Shown one piece after another: positions 50,703-61,436 of a DNA stretch of 64,000 nt. The notes below the pieces were generated by a model that did not search any database, was not told the origin of the DNA, and worked only from the letters and a program-made list of their open reading frames with translations. The stretch comes from Sedimentisphaerales bacterium (GTDB lineage Bacteria; Planctomycetota; Phycisphaerae; Sedimentisphaerales; SM23-30). The stretch spans positions 32,001 through 96,000 of the forward strand of contig CAXXFK010000021.1 of NCBI GenBank assembly GCA_963663965.2, written 5' to 3'. The translations under genes and the position numbers were made by a program. Position 1 is the stretch's first letter; each line of letters opens with the position of its first letter.

Positions 50703-51722
50703 TTACCACTTGAAATCAAAAACAGCATCCCGCATCGCCAGTAGATTAGCTGGCGGGATCAGGGCATGAATATCATGGCTGGAACATACAATGTACCCCC
50801 CATCGACGGCCAGCGCCTGGATATGTTCGGCAACATTCTCTTTCACCTGCTCTGGGGTGCCATGCAGCAAAACACCATCGATATCAATATTACCGGCAAT
50901 CGCAATCTGCCGGCCATGATGTTCTTTAATCCGGAAAATACTTTGCCGGCCGGCACAGGGATCGATCGGATGAATCACCCTGGCCCCCATGTCAATAAAA
51001 CGCGGCAGCAGATCTTCTACATAACCATCGATATGGAAGATGGGAATGATCTGATGATCCGTCAATAGTCTGGTTAATTCCGTCATAAACGGAAACTCAT
51101 AGAGTTCCAGCATATCCGGTGAGATCATGGAACCGGAATTCGTAATCAGACCGGAGGCGATTTTAACCGCATCTACTGGATATTCGCTGTACATCGCCAG
51201 CTCGCGCAGACAGTATTCATGCACGCGCTTCTGAAATTCCTGAATAAACTCCGGATCGGTATAGGTGGCCAGACAAAAATCCTGATAACCAATGGCCGTC
51301 GGAACGGTAAAAGCCGCAGTCTGGGCGCCGCAAACCAATCCCAGACCGGTTCCCTCAATCAATTCGAGCAATGCTTCCAACCGCCGCCGGATATCCTCCA
51401 GATCCGGAAACCAGATATCCTTCAATGAAGACTTATCTTTCATCGTGCCATCGACATAATGTCGACGCCCCTGCGGGTCTCGCATCTCCTTGCGGCCCAG
51501 CCGCCAGACATGGCTGAAATAGATCATATCATTGCCAACCAGCCTGACCAGTTCCAGGTAATCACGCGCCGGCAGATCGAACGAATGCTGACCATAATCA
51601 TAGTGCCGGCCCAGCAGCTGATTCACCACATGAATATCGAATTCCATCTCAAAAAACGGAATCTCATCGGAATGGGTATGTCGAACCGCATTTAAAAAAC
51701 GTTGTTTGTCGGGTGTACGCAT
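50703..51722 (-). CDS. Uroporphyrinogen decarboxylase / MtaA-CmuA-like family protein
   Basis: FHIDG, HPIDP, IAGNID...LLHGTPEQV, GGYIVCSSH. Confidence 0.8.
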   Translation of the reverse strand: MRTPDKQRFLNAVRHTHSDEIPFFEMEFDIHVVNQLLGRHYDYGQHSFDLPARDYLELVRLVGNDMIYFSHVWRLGRKEMRDPQGRRHYVDGTMKDKSSLKDIWFPDLEDIRRRLEALLELIEGTGLGLVCGAQTAAFTVPTAIGYQDFCLATYTDPEFIQEFQKRVHEYCLRELAMYSEYPVDAVKIASGLITNSGSMISPDMLELYEFPFMTELTRLLTDHQIIPIFHIDGYVEDLLPRFIDMGARVIHPIDPCAGRQSIFRIKEHHGRQIAIAGNIDIDGVLLHGTPEQVKENVAEHIQALAVDGGYIVCSSHDIHALIPPANLLAMRDAVFDFKW

Positions 51723-51778
51723 ACAAACTCCAACAAAGAATCGGCTTGGAAATTGATATAATAACCGGTCCCGGCGTT

Positions 51779-52780
51779 TTAGAACTGGCTCAAAAACCGT
51801 ACATCATTTTCAAAGAAATACCGGATATCGGTAATCCCATATTTACGCATGGCCAGCCGTTCGATCCCAAAACCAAACGCCCACCCGGTATATTTCTCCG
51901 TGTCATACCCAACAGCTTTAAAGACATTGGGGTGGACCATGCCGCAACCGCCCATTTCCAGCCAGTATTCCCGGCCGTTCTTGTCGTGCATCAGCAGATC
52001 CACTTCACCAGAAGGCTCGGTAAATGGGAAAAAGGATGGACGGAAACGCCAGACCGTACCGGCGCCAAAGAAAGCCTGCACAAACTGATCGATCGTGGTT
52101 TTAAGGTCGATCATACTGATCCCTTCATCCACCACCAGGGCCTCGATCTGGTGAAACATGAACATGTGGGTGGCATCAACGCTGTCTGGCCGGAATACCC
52201 GGCCCGGCGCCACCACCCGGATCGGCGGCTGTTTGTGCTCCATGACCCGGATCTGCATCGTAGAAGTCTGGCTTCTCAACAGGGAGTTATCATCAATATA
52301 GAAATTATCGAGAGGATCACGGGCCGGATGGGATTCAGGGATGTTCAGGGCAATGAAGTTGTGATATTCATCTTCCACCTCCGGACCATATCCGATCTCA
52401 AAACCCATACGCCCGAATAGTTCCAGCAACTCGTTGATGGTCTGGGTAATCAGGTGGGGCCGGCCCAACTGCGGATCCTGGCCGGGCAGGGTCACATCGA
52501 TCATCGGACCTGAGACTGCGGATTGCTGGTTTTTCAGCTCTTCCTGACGCGTTTTGAATGCCTCGTTGACCTGGTTCTTAATCTGATTGGCCAGTTGCCC
52601 GGCCTGGGGACGGAGTTCCTTGGGTAAACCGCCCAGACCGGCCAATAGATTAGTCACCAATCCCTTACGGGAAAGATACTTGATCCGGTACTGTTCCAAC
52701 TGCTCGCCGTCTTGTACCTGCTGCAGTTCCGCCAGCGCCTGTTGGCCAACTTGATTGAATTGTTCCAAGGAATCGGACAT
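51779..52780 (-). CDS. pheS: Phenylalanine--tRNA ligase alpha subunit
   Basis: HPARD, LLRSQTS, DATH..FHQIE, FPFTEPS, GWAFGFGIERL. Confidence 0.98.
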   Translation of the reverse strand: MSDSLEQFNQVGQQALAELQQVQDGEQLEQYRIKYLSRKGLVTNLLAGLGGLPKELRPQAGQLANQIKNQVNEAFKTRQEELKNQQSAVSGPMIDVTLPGQDPQLGRPHLITQTINELLELFGRMGFEIGYGPEVEDEYHNFIALNIPESHPARDPLDNFYIDDNSLLRSQTSTMQIRVMEHKQPPIRVVAPGRVFRPDSVDATHMFMFHQIEALVVDEGISMIDLKTTIDQFVQAFFGAGTVWRFRPSFFPFTEPSGEVDLLMHDKNGREYWLEMGGCGMVHPNVFKAVGYDTEKYTGWAFGFGIERLAMRKYGITDIRYFFENDVRFLSQF

Positions 52781-52861
52781 AATCGTTAAATCTGCTTCTT
52801 CGAATAATTCATCCCGGTTCTTCAGGATGCCGGTATCGGATATTATTCAAACTCTATCGGT

Positions 52862-52900
52862 AAAAAAAAAGGAACACGACCGGATGGCCGGCGGTTCCCT
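52862..52900 (-). terminator. Intrinsic terminator after rplT
   Basis: GGAAC-CGCCGG-CCAT-CCGG-TCGT-GTTCC followed by a 9-T run on the minus strand. Confidence 0.75.
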
Positions 52901-52943
52901 TTGATTCCGTTTTTTATCAGGAAAATTTAAGCCGGGCCTGCTA

Positions 52944-53303
52944 TCAGGAGGCCGCGTTTTGCCGGGCGATATCGACTATGGCATCAAAACCGGCGGCATC
53001 ATGAATCGCCATTTCCGAAAGCATCTTCCGGTTCACAATCACCTGGGCCTGCTTGAGGCCAAAAATGAACTGGCTGTAACGAATCTTCCGCTGGGTGCAG
53101 GCAGCGCTGATACGGGTTATCCACAACTGACGGAAATCACGTTTCTTGCGGCGACGGTCGCGCGTTGCGTAAACACCGGCGCGTACCACGGCCTCTTTGG
53201 CCAGACGAAGGTTTTTGCTGCGGGGACCACGATACCCCTTGGCGGCTTTAAAGAGCCTTTTCTTGGCTTGACGCCGGGCGGCGCCTTTCACTACTCTTGG
53301 CAT
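52944..53303 (-). CDS. rplT: 50S ribosomal protein L20
   Basis: MPRV...AKGYRG...RDRRRKKRDFRQLWITRISAA...NRKMLSEMAI. Confidence 0.98.
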   Translation of the reverse strand: MPRVVKGAARRQAKKRLFKAAKGYRGPRSKNLRLAKEAVVRAGVYATRDRRRKKRDFRQLWITRISAACTQRKIRYSQFIFGLKQAQVIVNRKMLSEMAIHDAAGFDAIVDIARQNAAS

Positions 53304-53396
53304 GTCAGCTTTCCTTTCATTGAATAAGCGTCTGTGACGCGAGATAACCTGCTACGGCAGCTAACAACCGGGAAGCAGGATGAGTACAGTCGAGCA

Positions 53397-53591
53397 TCAG
53401 GCATTCAGTGCGATGAGCATTTTTTTCTCTATGGCGGCCGAGACACCCAGTGTCTTACGCAGACCACGGACTCGATTGCCACTCTTCGAACTCATCAGAT
53501 GGCCCGCAAATGCTCGTTTACGAAGCACTTTACCTTTGGCGGATACTCGGAACCGCTTGGAAGCGCCTTTGTGGGTCTTCATTTTGGGCAT
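53397..53591 (-). CDS. rpmI: 50S ribosomal protein L35
   Basis: MPKMKTHKGASKRF; upstream of rplT. Confidence 0.97.
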   Translation of the reverse strand: MPKMKTHKGASKRFRVSAKGKVLRKRAFAGHLMSSKSGNRVRGLRKTLGVSAAIEKKMLIALNA

Positions 53592-53713
53592 TGCTATAAC
53601 TTTCTATAATTAAAGTATTTAACTTTTGTTTGTAAGTCTTCTGACAGCCTGCCCCCACCCGGGACCGGTCTAAGACGGACATAAGCACGGTACGGCGTGT
53701 CAGAGAATCGAGA

Positions 53714-53742
53714 ATGATATCAACTCATTGCCTTTATGTAAA
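53714..53742 (-). promoter_or_regulatory. Sigma-70 promoter of rpmI-rplT
   Basis: TTTACA - 17 bp - TATCAT with extended -10 TGn. Confidence 0.7.
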
Positions 53743-53795
53743 TATAAAAATCAGGTTTTTTTTGACAAAAACAGCACTAATGGGCAGCCCAAATA

Positions 53796-54788
53796 TCACA
53801 ATTGATCAAGAATGGAATCGATCAACTTCAGATCACTTTCACTCAATGCGATACTGCCGGCCGCTGCGTTCTGGTTAGCCTGGTCCGCATGGCGGATACC
53901 GCAAAGAACATGAGAAACACCCGGTTGGCTGAAGGTCCACGCGATCACCACCTGGGCGACCGTCGCATTGTGAGCCAGCGCCACTGGTTTGAATTGCTCC
54001 AGCATGGCATTTATTTTAACAACAAACTCAGGCTCGAACCGCTGCTTAAACCGATTGGTACGCAAATCACCCTGACCATAGTGTCGTTCCGGCGTGATTT
54101 TTCCTGTCAGTAATCCCATTGATAGGGGAGAATAGGCCAGAAAGGCTATATTTTTATCCATGCAGTAATCCAGTTGCCCTTCACAACGGGCGCCCCGATC
54201 CAGCATACTGAATTTTTCCTGGTCACTATCAATTGGACCATAAGCTTCCATCTGATCCACGGATGCGTTAGAAACTCCGATCGCGCGGATTTTTCCCTGA
54301 TCCTTCATACGTAGCAACTCCGCCATAGTCTCTTCAATCGGAGTTGTTGACTCCTGCCAGTGGGTCTGATAGAGATCGATGTAGTCGGTTTGCAGCCGGA
54401 TCAGGCTGTTTTCCAACTCTTTGCGAATGGAGTTGGGACTCAGGCAGCGATACACCTCCTTCTCTGTGGGCGCATCCTGAATGCTGTACTGATCGGTGTG
54501 AAAATGAAAATCGCCTTCCTTTTTATCCCAGACCAGGCCGCACTTGGTCGCAAGCACAACCTTGTCCCGCCGGCCGCGAATCGCCTCCCCGACGATCTCT
54601 TCAGACAACCCAAAACCATAAACCGGGGCGGTATCGATCAGATTTATGCCGTTGTCAAGGGCGGCATGGATGCCATCAACGGCTTCCTGAAAATTGGTGC
54701 CGCCCCACATCCAGCCGCCGATGGCCCAGGTACCCATTCCAATAACAGACGCTTGGATATTGGATTTGCCTAATGGTCTGTACTGCAT
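53796..54788 (-). CDS. Aldo/keto reductase
   Basis: GTWAIGG, IDTAPVYGFG.SEE, DYIDLYQTHW, GKIRAIGVSN, AYSPL..GLLTG. Confidence 0.95.
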   Translation of the reverse strand: MQYRPLGKSNIQASVIGMGTWAIGGWMWGGTNFQEAVDGIHAALDNGINLIDTAPVYGFGLSEEIVGEAIRGRRDKVVLATKCGLVWDKKEGDFHFHTDQYSIQDAPTEKEVYRCLSPNSIRKELENSLIRLQTDYIDLYQTHWQESTTPIEETMAELLRMKDQGKIRAIGVSNASVDQMEAYGPIDSDQEKFSMLDRGARCEGQLDYCMDKNIAFLAYSPLSMGLLTGKITPERHYGQGDLRTNRFKQRFEPEFVVKINAMLEQFKPVALAHNATVAQVVIAWTFSQPGVSHVLCGIRHADQANQNAAAGSIALSESDLKLIDSILDQL

Positions 54789-54859
54789 GATTTGCTCCTT
54801 ATTTTAGCAAGTTGGCAAGTGATTATCATGTCCCGTCGCCTTGCCGCCAATCTATGGGT

Positions 54860-56182
54860 TTACCTATTTTTATGCCCGAACACCGCCGCCGTCAATGACA
54901 ATATCGCCGAAATCCCCATACCGCTCAGCGTCAGAACATCAGAACCGGCCAGTTTGCCCCAGACTCCCAGCACTCCCCCCAGAAATATGGCCATAATGAC
55001 CAGCCGAACATTTAACCGCCTTTTCTTGTGCAACAGAATTGCCAGCACTACCGGTGGGATCGCTCCACAGTTAAATAGCGAATAAGCCAGCAGTAATGAA
55101 TCGATGATATTGCCTTTCAGACAAGCCAGCAAAAACGCGATCAATCCTGTTATGACGGTGACAATCCGGATTCGATGGGTCTGATTCCAACCCAGCAGGT
55201 CATGCCCCAGGGTCGACGCGGCAGTAATCAGACAGGTATCCGCTGAAGAAAAAATCGCCGAAAGCAGCCCTAGCTCAACAATCAGGCGGATCAACGGTGA
55301 CAGGTGTTCTTGAAGAATAGTGGTCAGAGCATCCTGACCCGGCTGCAGCTTTAAATGATAATGAGACCACAAACCGATCCAGGCAATGGCGATACTGACC
55401 ACAAATAGCATCCCGCCCGAAAACAAAACCCCCATCCGGGCCGTTGCCTGGTTTTTGGCCGCCAGTATTCTGCTGATAATATCCGGCCCCGCCAGAAAAC
55501 CCGTTCCGGTAACCAGCAGGAAATAGGTTATTCGAGATGAACCAAATGAATCGTTGATCAATTCAAATGACAGGAATGCGTGATCAGACTCCCATCGAAA
55601 CCAGAGCATTCCCGCAACCAGGAATATCGCCAGCAAAATAAATACCAGTTGAATCTTATCGGTATGAATCACCGATATCTGCCCACCCATCACACAGTAG
55701 GCTGTGATAATAATTGAGACTGCTGACAGCGCAACTGATTGATCGATTCCAAGTGATGTGCTGACAATTTTTGCCGCTCCCAGAAATTGCGCGGCAATAA
55801 TTCCCAGCCAGGCAACCGCAATCACCAGCGACAGGGTACGTCGGACAATTGGGCCAACCAGTCTCCCCATAAGATCTGCCAGGGTAACAACTGGATATTG
55901 CTTCACGACTCCGGCCAGTAACAGGCCGCATAAAACCAGACCGATGGCGCCACTGCCCAGCCACCAGAACGCCGGAAATCCGATCTTATAGCCCAGATTA
56001 ATTACCCCCATCGTGGAGGATGCCCCGATGACAGTTGCCATCAGGGACGCAAAGATGGCAAAGGCGGATCGGTTCGCTCCCGCCACCACAAAATGATCAA
56101 ACTGACCGCTCCGACGCCCGGTCCACCAACCAAGTAAAAGGGTTAATAGCGCGTAAACTGTTAATATAAACCAAGTTATCAA
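54860..56182 (-). CDS. Sodium:solute symporter family protein (start codon uncertain)
   Basis: FVVAG..R, ATVIGASSTMG, GGQISVIHTDKIQ, LLSAIFSSADT. Confidence 0.85.
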   Translation of the reverse strand: MITWFILTVYALLTLLLGWWTGRRSGQFDHFVVAGANRSAFAIFASLMATVIGASSTMGVINLGYKIGFPAFWWLGSGAIGLVLCGLLLAGVVKQYPVVTLADLMGRLVGPIVRRTLSLVIAVAWLGIIAAQFLGAAKIVSTSLGIDQSVALSAVSIIITAYCVMGGQISVIHTDKIQLVFILLAIFLVAGMLWFRWESDHAFLSFELINDSFGSSRITYFLLVTGTGFLAGPDIISRILAAKNQATARMGVLFSGGMLFVVSIAIAWIGLWSHYHLKLQPGQDALTTILQEHLSPLIRLIVELGLLSAIFSSADTCLITAASTLGHDLLGWNQTHRIRIVTVITGLIAFLLACLKGNIIDSLLLAYSLFNCGAIPPVVLAILLHKKRRLNVRLVIMAIFLGGVLGVWGKLAGSDVLTLSGMGISAILSLTAAVFGHKNR

Positions 56183-56447
56183 ATTTTATGGATTTCCTTT
56201 CTGTTTTGCCTCATTATTATATCGACTCAAAAGCCAATTGCCAGATCGTGACCCGGTTCATCTGTAATTAATACCCGTTTGCTGGCCCCGTAAAACAATC
56301 AACCGCTTTTGCTGCCAAAAAAACCGCTTTCGTGACATAGCTATTTGAAACAAACCCGAAACCGGAACCGAATATCGTTCCACAAACACCTGAATCGTAG
56401 ATTAAAATTGCATGATCGTATAATCCCCCAAGCCGGAAAGGACCCTC

Positions 56448-58733
56448 ATGATGAAATCAATTCTGTATCGTCGTCTGACCACCTTAATCCTCATGACCGC
56501 CTCAATACTGGCGATCGACAGCCTGTTGATTGCTCAAAGCGAATGGAAACCCGCCGACAATCCACTCATGACCCAATGGGCGGCAGATGTCGATCCCGGC
56601 GCTCCGCTCCCGGAATATCCCAGACCACAGTTTGTCCGTAAAAACTGGCAGAATCTTAATGGCTTATGGGATTACGCGGTCACAGATGAAAACGCCGCCA
56701 AACCAGTAACCTGGACTGGCAAAATCCTGGTACCCTATGCCTTCGAGTCCGCGCTCAGTGGCGTTGCCGGCCGTCTGGAACAGAACCAGGATCTCTGGTA
56801 TCAGCGTTCATTCAAAATCCCTGCCAGTTGGAATCAGCAACGAGTAATCCTGCATTTCGGCGCAGTGGATTATAAGACAACCGTTTACGTTAACAATCAA
56901 CCGGTCGGCTCGCATGAAGGCGGCTACGATCCCTTCAGCTTCGATATTACCGATCAACTCAAAACATCAGGCGCCCAGACCCTGACCGTGCAGGTTAACG
57001 ACAAAACCAACTATGACGGCAAACCGCGCGGCAAACAAACGCTCTGGCCCCAGGGTATCATGTACACCCCGACTTCAGGGATCTGGCAGACCGTCTGGCT
57101 CGAACCGGTCGCCAATGTCAGTGTCGAAGATTTCAAACTGATCCCGGATATCGACAACGATTCTCTGAAAGTAAACATCGAGGCGCGCGGCAACGCTTCC
57201 GGCGCTAAAGTCAGCCTGAAAGCAAGAAACGGTCGGCAAACAGTCGGAACCGCTGAAGGCAAAATGGGCAAGGATATCACGCTCAATATCAAAAATCCAG
57301 TACTCTGGACGCCTGACAATCCCCATCTGTATGATCTCGATATTGAAATTTCCCAGGCAGGCAAGGTAACCGATAAGGTGCAAAGTTATTTCGCCATGCG
57401 TAAAATCGAACTGGGCACTGACAACGGCCGGCCGGCCCTGCTGCTCAATGGCAAAAATGTTTTCCAGTTCGGTCCTCTGGACCAGGGTTTCTGGCCCGAT
57501 GGCATCTACACTGCCCCAACGGATGAAGCGCTTAAAAACGACATTGAAATGATGAAAAAGTTCGGCTTTAATATGGTCCGTAAACATATCAAAGTTGAGC
57601 CGGCCCGCTGGTACTATTACACCGACAAACTCGGTCTGATGGTCTGGCAGGATATGCCGTCCGCCAACTCCTACCGCCGGCAGGATCACCCGCAACCTCC
57701 CGTAGATGAAGCCGCGTATGAACGTGAATTGCGCGCCATGGTCGATAACCTCTATAATCATCCCTCGATCATTATGTGGGTCATTTTTAACGAGAGCCAG
57801 GGCCAGCATAAAACCGAACACCTGGTCTCGGTCGTACGGTCACTGGATCCCTCACGCTTGATCAACGAAGCCTCCGGCGGCGGCCATCGCGGGACCGGTG
57901 ATGTCCGCGATATGCATTCCTATCCGCCTCCGAACTGCCCAAAACCATTCGAGAATCAGGCGTTGGTTTGCGGCGAATACGGTGGTATCGGCCTGCGTGT
58001 CCCCGGCCACATGTGGCAGCAGCAGGGCAACTGGGGCTACACTGAAATCAATACTGGGACCGATCTTGAAAACCTGTATGCCAGCTTCGCCAATATGGTC
58101 AAAAAATTCAAGGATGAACGCGGCATGTGCGCGGCGGTCTATACCCAGATTACCGATGTGGAAATCGAGACCAATGGCCTGCTGACCTATGACCGCAAAC
58201 TCAAGACCGACTCCCCTGAATGGATCGCCGGGGCCAACCGCTTTGAATGGGAAGGCCCTACTTATACTCCGATAGTAGATACATCGGAAAAGGAATCCAA
58301 AACCTGGCAATACACCACCATCCGCCCCCAGGACAACTGGTTTACCAGAGACTTTGATGACTCATCCTGGACTGCCGGCGAGGGTGGATTCGGCACCCGT
58401 GAAACGCCTAATATCGGTCGCCTCGGTACTACCTGGTCCACCAGTGATATCTGGCTGCGACGAACGTTCACGCTACCGAATCTCAGCAAAAAAGAACTGG
58501 CGCAATTGAAGATCCGCGACTATCACGATGAAGACGTCGAAATTTATATCAACGGCGTACTGGCTTATCAGGCCGAACGCTGGGTAACCGGCTATGAGGT
58601 CAAGGATCTCACCGATGAAGCCCGTGCGGCGTTGATCCCCGGCGGCCAGAATGTCTTTGCGGTTCACTGCCGACAGACCGGCGGCGGCCAGTACGTGGAT
58701 GTCGGACTGGGCATTGATAACCCCAACCGCTAA
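56448..58733 (+). CDS. Secreted GH2-family glycoside hydrolase
   Basis: PEYPRPQF.R, LHFGAVDY, GPLDQGFWPDG, GFNMVRKHIK, WVIFNE, GEYGG. Confidence 0.92.
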   Translation: MMKSILYRRLTTLILMTASILAIDSLLIAQSEWKPADNPLMTQWAADVDPGAPLPEYPRPQFVRKNWQNLNGLWDYAVTDENAAKPVTWTGKILVPYAFESALSGVAGRLEQNQDLWYQRSFKIPASWNQQRVILHFGAVDYKTTVYVNNQPVGSHEGGYDPFSFDITDQLKTSGAQTLTVQVNDKTNYDGKPRGKQTLWPQGIMYTPTSGIWQTVWLEPVANVSVEDFKLIPDIDNDSLKVNIEARGNASGAKVSLKARNGRQTVGTAEGKMGKDITLNIKNPVLWTPDNPHLYDLDIEISQAGKVTDKVQSYFAMRKIELGTDNGRPALLLNGKNVFQFGPLDQGFWPDGIYTAPTDEALKNDIEMMKKFGFNMVRKHIKVEPARWYYYTDKLGLMVWQDMPSANSYRRQDHPQPPVDEAAYERELRAMVDNLYNHPSIIMWVIFNESQGQHKTEHLVSVVRSLDPSRLINEASGGGHRGTGDVRDMHSYPPPNCPKPFENQALVCGEYGGIGLRVPGHMWQQQGNWGYTEINTGTDLENLYASFANMVKKFKDERGMCAAVYTQITDVEIETNGLLTYDRKLKTDSPEWIAGANRFEWEGPTYTPIVDTSEKESKTWQYTTIRPQDNWFTRDFDDSSWTAGEGGFGTRETPNIGRLGTTWSTSDIWLRRTFTLPNLSKKELAQLKIRDYHDEDVEIYINGVLAYQAERWVTGYEVKDLTDEARAALIPGGQNVFAVHCRQTGGGQYVDVGLGIDNPNR

Positions 58734-58776
58734 GAAACAAGCTGACCGATTTCAAGATAAAAATCTTTGAGAATGT

Positions 58777-58809
58777 AAAACAGGAGCGAATATTTTCAGC
58801 TCCTGTTTT
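58777..58809 (+). terminator. Intrinsic terminator after the GH2 gene
   Basis: AAAACAGGAGC-loop-GCTCCTGTTTT. Confidence 0.78.
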
Positions 58810-58875
58810 ATTAATATATTCGCCCTGAAATAGTATGCGATTGACATCAATATCAATCAACCAGAAAGGCTCTTT

Positions 58876-61353
58876 ATGTCTCGAAATTTTATATCCACAA
58901 TCTTACTATCAATCGTTACCATCCCGGCTATTGCCGCCAATAACAGTTATCCGCTCACTCCGATTACCTTTGAAAAAGTTCAATTACAAGATGCCTTCTG
59001 GTTGCCGCGCCTGCAGACCCAGGCCGAAGTCACAGTCCCTTTCTCTCTGGAAAAAACCGAACCAGCCATCGAAAACCTGCGCCGCTGCGGCAATTTCCTC
59101 AAGGGACGCGGCGGCGAATTGCCATTTACCCATCGCTTTATTTCCTCAGACCTCTATAAAGTCATGGAAGGCGCCGCCTACATTCTGCAAACCCGGCGCG
59201 ACCCCGAACTGGAACAGCAGCTCGATGAGATCATCGACATTATTGGCGAAGCCCAGCAGGAAGATGGCTATCTGTATGTGTCTCATATCTGCAAAATCCC
59301 CAATCCGGGGGAAATGGGCAAAACCCCTTACTCCTTTGTCGTACACAGCCACGAACTGTATAACATGGGCCATATGTACGAAGGCGCGATCGCCTATTAC
59401 CGGGCGACCGGAAAAGAAAAGTGGCTCAAAATCGCGGAAAAGAATGCCCAGCATATCAACCGTGTTTTTTTTGAAGGCGATCCCAACTACAACAACGGCA
59501 AACCGGTCATGCAGGCGCCCGGTCATCAGGAACTCGAACTGGCCTTGTGCAAGCTGTATGTCGTTACCGGCAAATCTCTCTACCTGGAGATGGCCAGAAA
59601 ATTCCTTGATATTCGCGGCGTCACCTACCGGCCTTCCGGCAGTGGCACCATGTCGCCGGAATATGCCCAGCAGCACAAACCCGTCCGTGAACAGGAACGG
59701 GCCGTTGGGCACGCCGTTCGAGCCGTTTATCTCTATACCGGAATGGCCGACGTCGCCGTTTTATCCGGCGACCTGTCCTACACCAATGCCCTGCAGAAAA
59801 TCTGGCATAACATTGTCGATACCAAAATGCATATTACCGGCGGACTGGGGGCGGTTCATGGGATCGAAGGATTCGGTCCGGAATACGAACTGCCCAACCT
59901 GAAAACCTACGACGAAACCTGTGCCGCAGTCGCCAATGTCTTTTTCAATTACCGCATGTTCCTGCTTTATCAGGATGCCGGTTATTTCGACGTCGCCGAG
60001 GTCTCCCTGTTCAACAACTCCCTGGCCGGGGTAAACCTGGCCGGCAATAAATTCTTCTACGTCAATCCGCTGGAAACGGATGGCAAGCGTAAATTCAATC
60101 ATGGCCGCAGCGGCCGTTCTCCCTGGTTCGATTGCGCCTGCTGCCCTTCCAATATTGCCCGGCTCATGCCCCAGGTTTCCGGATATATGTACGCCCATAC
60201 CGACAACGATATCTATCTGACCCTCTATGCCGCCAGTACTACCGATATTCCACTGGCCGATGGAACCGTGAAGATCCGACAGCAAACCGAATATCCATTT
60301 GATGGCAAAATCGCTTTAACCCTGACCCCACAAAAAACTCAGACCTTCAAACTCCATCTACGCATTCCAACCTGGGCCGGGGCTGACCGGTTTGTCCCGG
60401 GCGATCTTTACCACTATATCGATGGTCAGAAACCCAAATGGACCCTCTCTGTCAACGGACAAACCGTCACCACCACGGTAACCAAAGGATTCGCGGTCAT
60501 CGAACGGGCCTGGAAAGCCGGGGATCGGGTCCAACTCGATCTGCCGATGCCGGTCCGCTATAATGGCTGCACCGAACAGGTTGAGGCCAATCGCAACCGC
60601 CTGGCGGTCACCCGCGGCCCACTGGTTTATTGTGCCGAAGAAATCGATAATGGCCCGTCTCCCGTTCAGGAATTTTACCTTGATAAAATTTCCCGGCAGA
60701 CAACCGTACACACGATTTCCGAGGGCATCCTTCAAGGAATCCCACAGGTGACCATCGCCGCCAGCCAGATCAATCAGCCCGTCACCCAAACCCTGAAACT
60801 GGTTCCCTATTATGCCTGGAACAACCGGGGCGATGATCAAAGCATGATTGTCTGGCTGCCTCGCAATGCCCAACTGGCCCAGGAAAGCCTTGCCACCAAT
60901 CTCACCGCCATCAATCAATATGGCAGACTCACCGCCTCTCATACCTGGGATAACGATACGGTCAAAGCCCTGATCGATGGCCAGATACCCCGCTCCTCGG
61001 TAGATAATGATATCCCGCGCTGGACCAGTTGGCCCCAAAGAAGCACGCCCCAGCAGATCACGTTTGAATTTAACCAACCGCTTGAAGTCTCCTCTGTTAT
61101 GGTTTACTGGTATGATGATGAGCCGGTTGGCGGTGGTGTGCGGGTTCCGGCCGAATGGTCGATTCAACGCAAAATTAATGGGAGCTGGCAACCTTACGAT
61201 AAGTACATTACCGATTTCTATGGAACAAGTAAAGACACCTTCAATATGGTCCGCCCCCAGAAAGTAATCACCTGTGAAGGATTGAAGATTATCATAAAAC
61301 CACAATCCAATATGGCGGTCGGTATTCTTGAATTACAAATTGAAACCCAGTAA
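58876..61353 (+). CDS. Secreted GH127 beta-L-arabinofuranosidase-like protein with C-terminal beta-sandwich
   Basis: SHELYNMGH, GHQELE, GHAVRA.Y, YDETCAA, WFDCACCPSN. Confidence 0.92.
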   Translation: MSRNFISTILLSIVTIPAIAANNSYPLTPITFEKVQLQDAFWLPRLQTQAEVTVPFSLEKTEPAIENLRRCGNFLKGRGGELPFTHRFISSDLYKVMEGAAYILQTRRDPELEQQLDEIIDIIGEAQQEDGYLYVSHICKIPNPGEMGKTPYSFVVHSHELYNMGHMYEGAIAYYRATGKEKWLKIAEKNAQHINRVFFEGDPNYNNGKPVMQAPGHQELELALCKLYVVTGKSLYLEMARKFLDIRGVTYRPSGSGTMSPEYAQQHKPVREQERAVGHAVRAVYLYTGMADVAVLSGDLSYTNALQKIWHNIVDTKMHITGGLGAVHGIEGFGPEYELPNLKTYDETCAAVANVFFNYRMFLLYQDAGYFDVAEVSLFNNSLAGVNLAGNKFFYVNPLETDGKRKFNHGRSGRSPWFDCACCPSNIARLMPQVSGYMYAHTDNDIYLTLYAASTTDIPLADGTVKIRQQTEYPFDGKIALTLTPQKTQTFKLHLRIPTWAGADRFVPGDLYHYIDGQKPKWTLSVNGQTVTTTVTKGFAVIERAWKAGDRVQLDLPMPVRYNGCTEQVEANRNRLAVTRGPLVYCAEEIDNGPSPVQEFYLDKISRQTTVHTISEGILQGIPQVTIAASQINQPVTQTLKLVPYYAWNNRGDDQSMIVWLPRNAQLAQESLATNLTAINQYGRLTASHTWDNDTVKALIDGQIPRSSVDNDIPRWTSWPQRSTPQQITFEFNQPLEVSSVMVYWYDDEPVGGGVRVPAEWSIQRKINGSWQPYDKYITDFYGTSKDTFNMVRPQKVITCEGLKIIIKPQSNMAVGILELQIETQ

Positions 61354-61436
61354 AAAACCAGACATAATAAGTGTATGAAAGCAATTCATACCAATAGTAT
61401 GACATACAATCCCTGGTTCTCAGGAAAGAACATGCC

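Noticed and set aside
51779..53591. pheS without adjacent pheT and rpmI without infC
   Set aside because: Operon rearrangement alone is unremarkable; the partners are presumably elsewhere in the genome.
58835..59902. 355-aa alternative-frame ORF overlapping GH127, and similar long antisense ORFs (33458..34318, 60358..61305, 43766..44533, 63458..63925)
   Set aside because: Codon-bias shadows of well-supported genes, with no motifs of their own.
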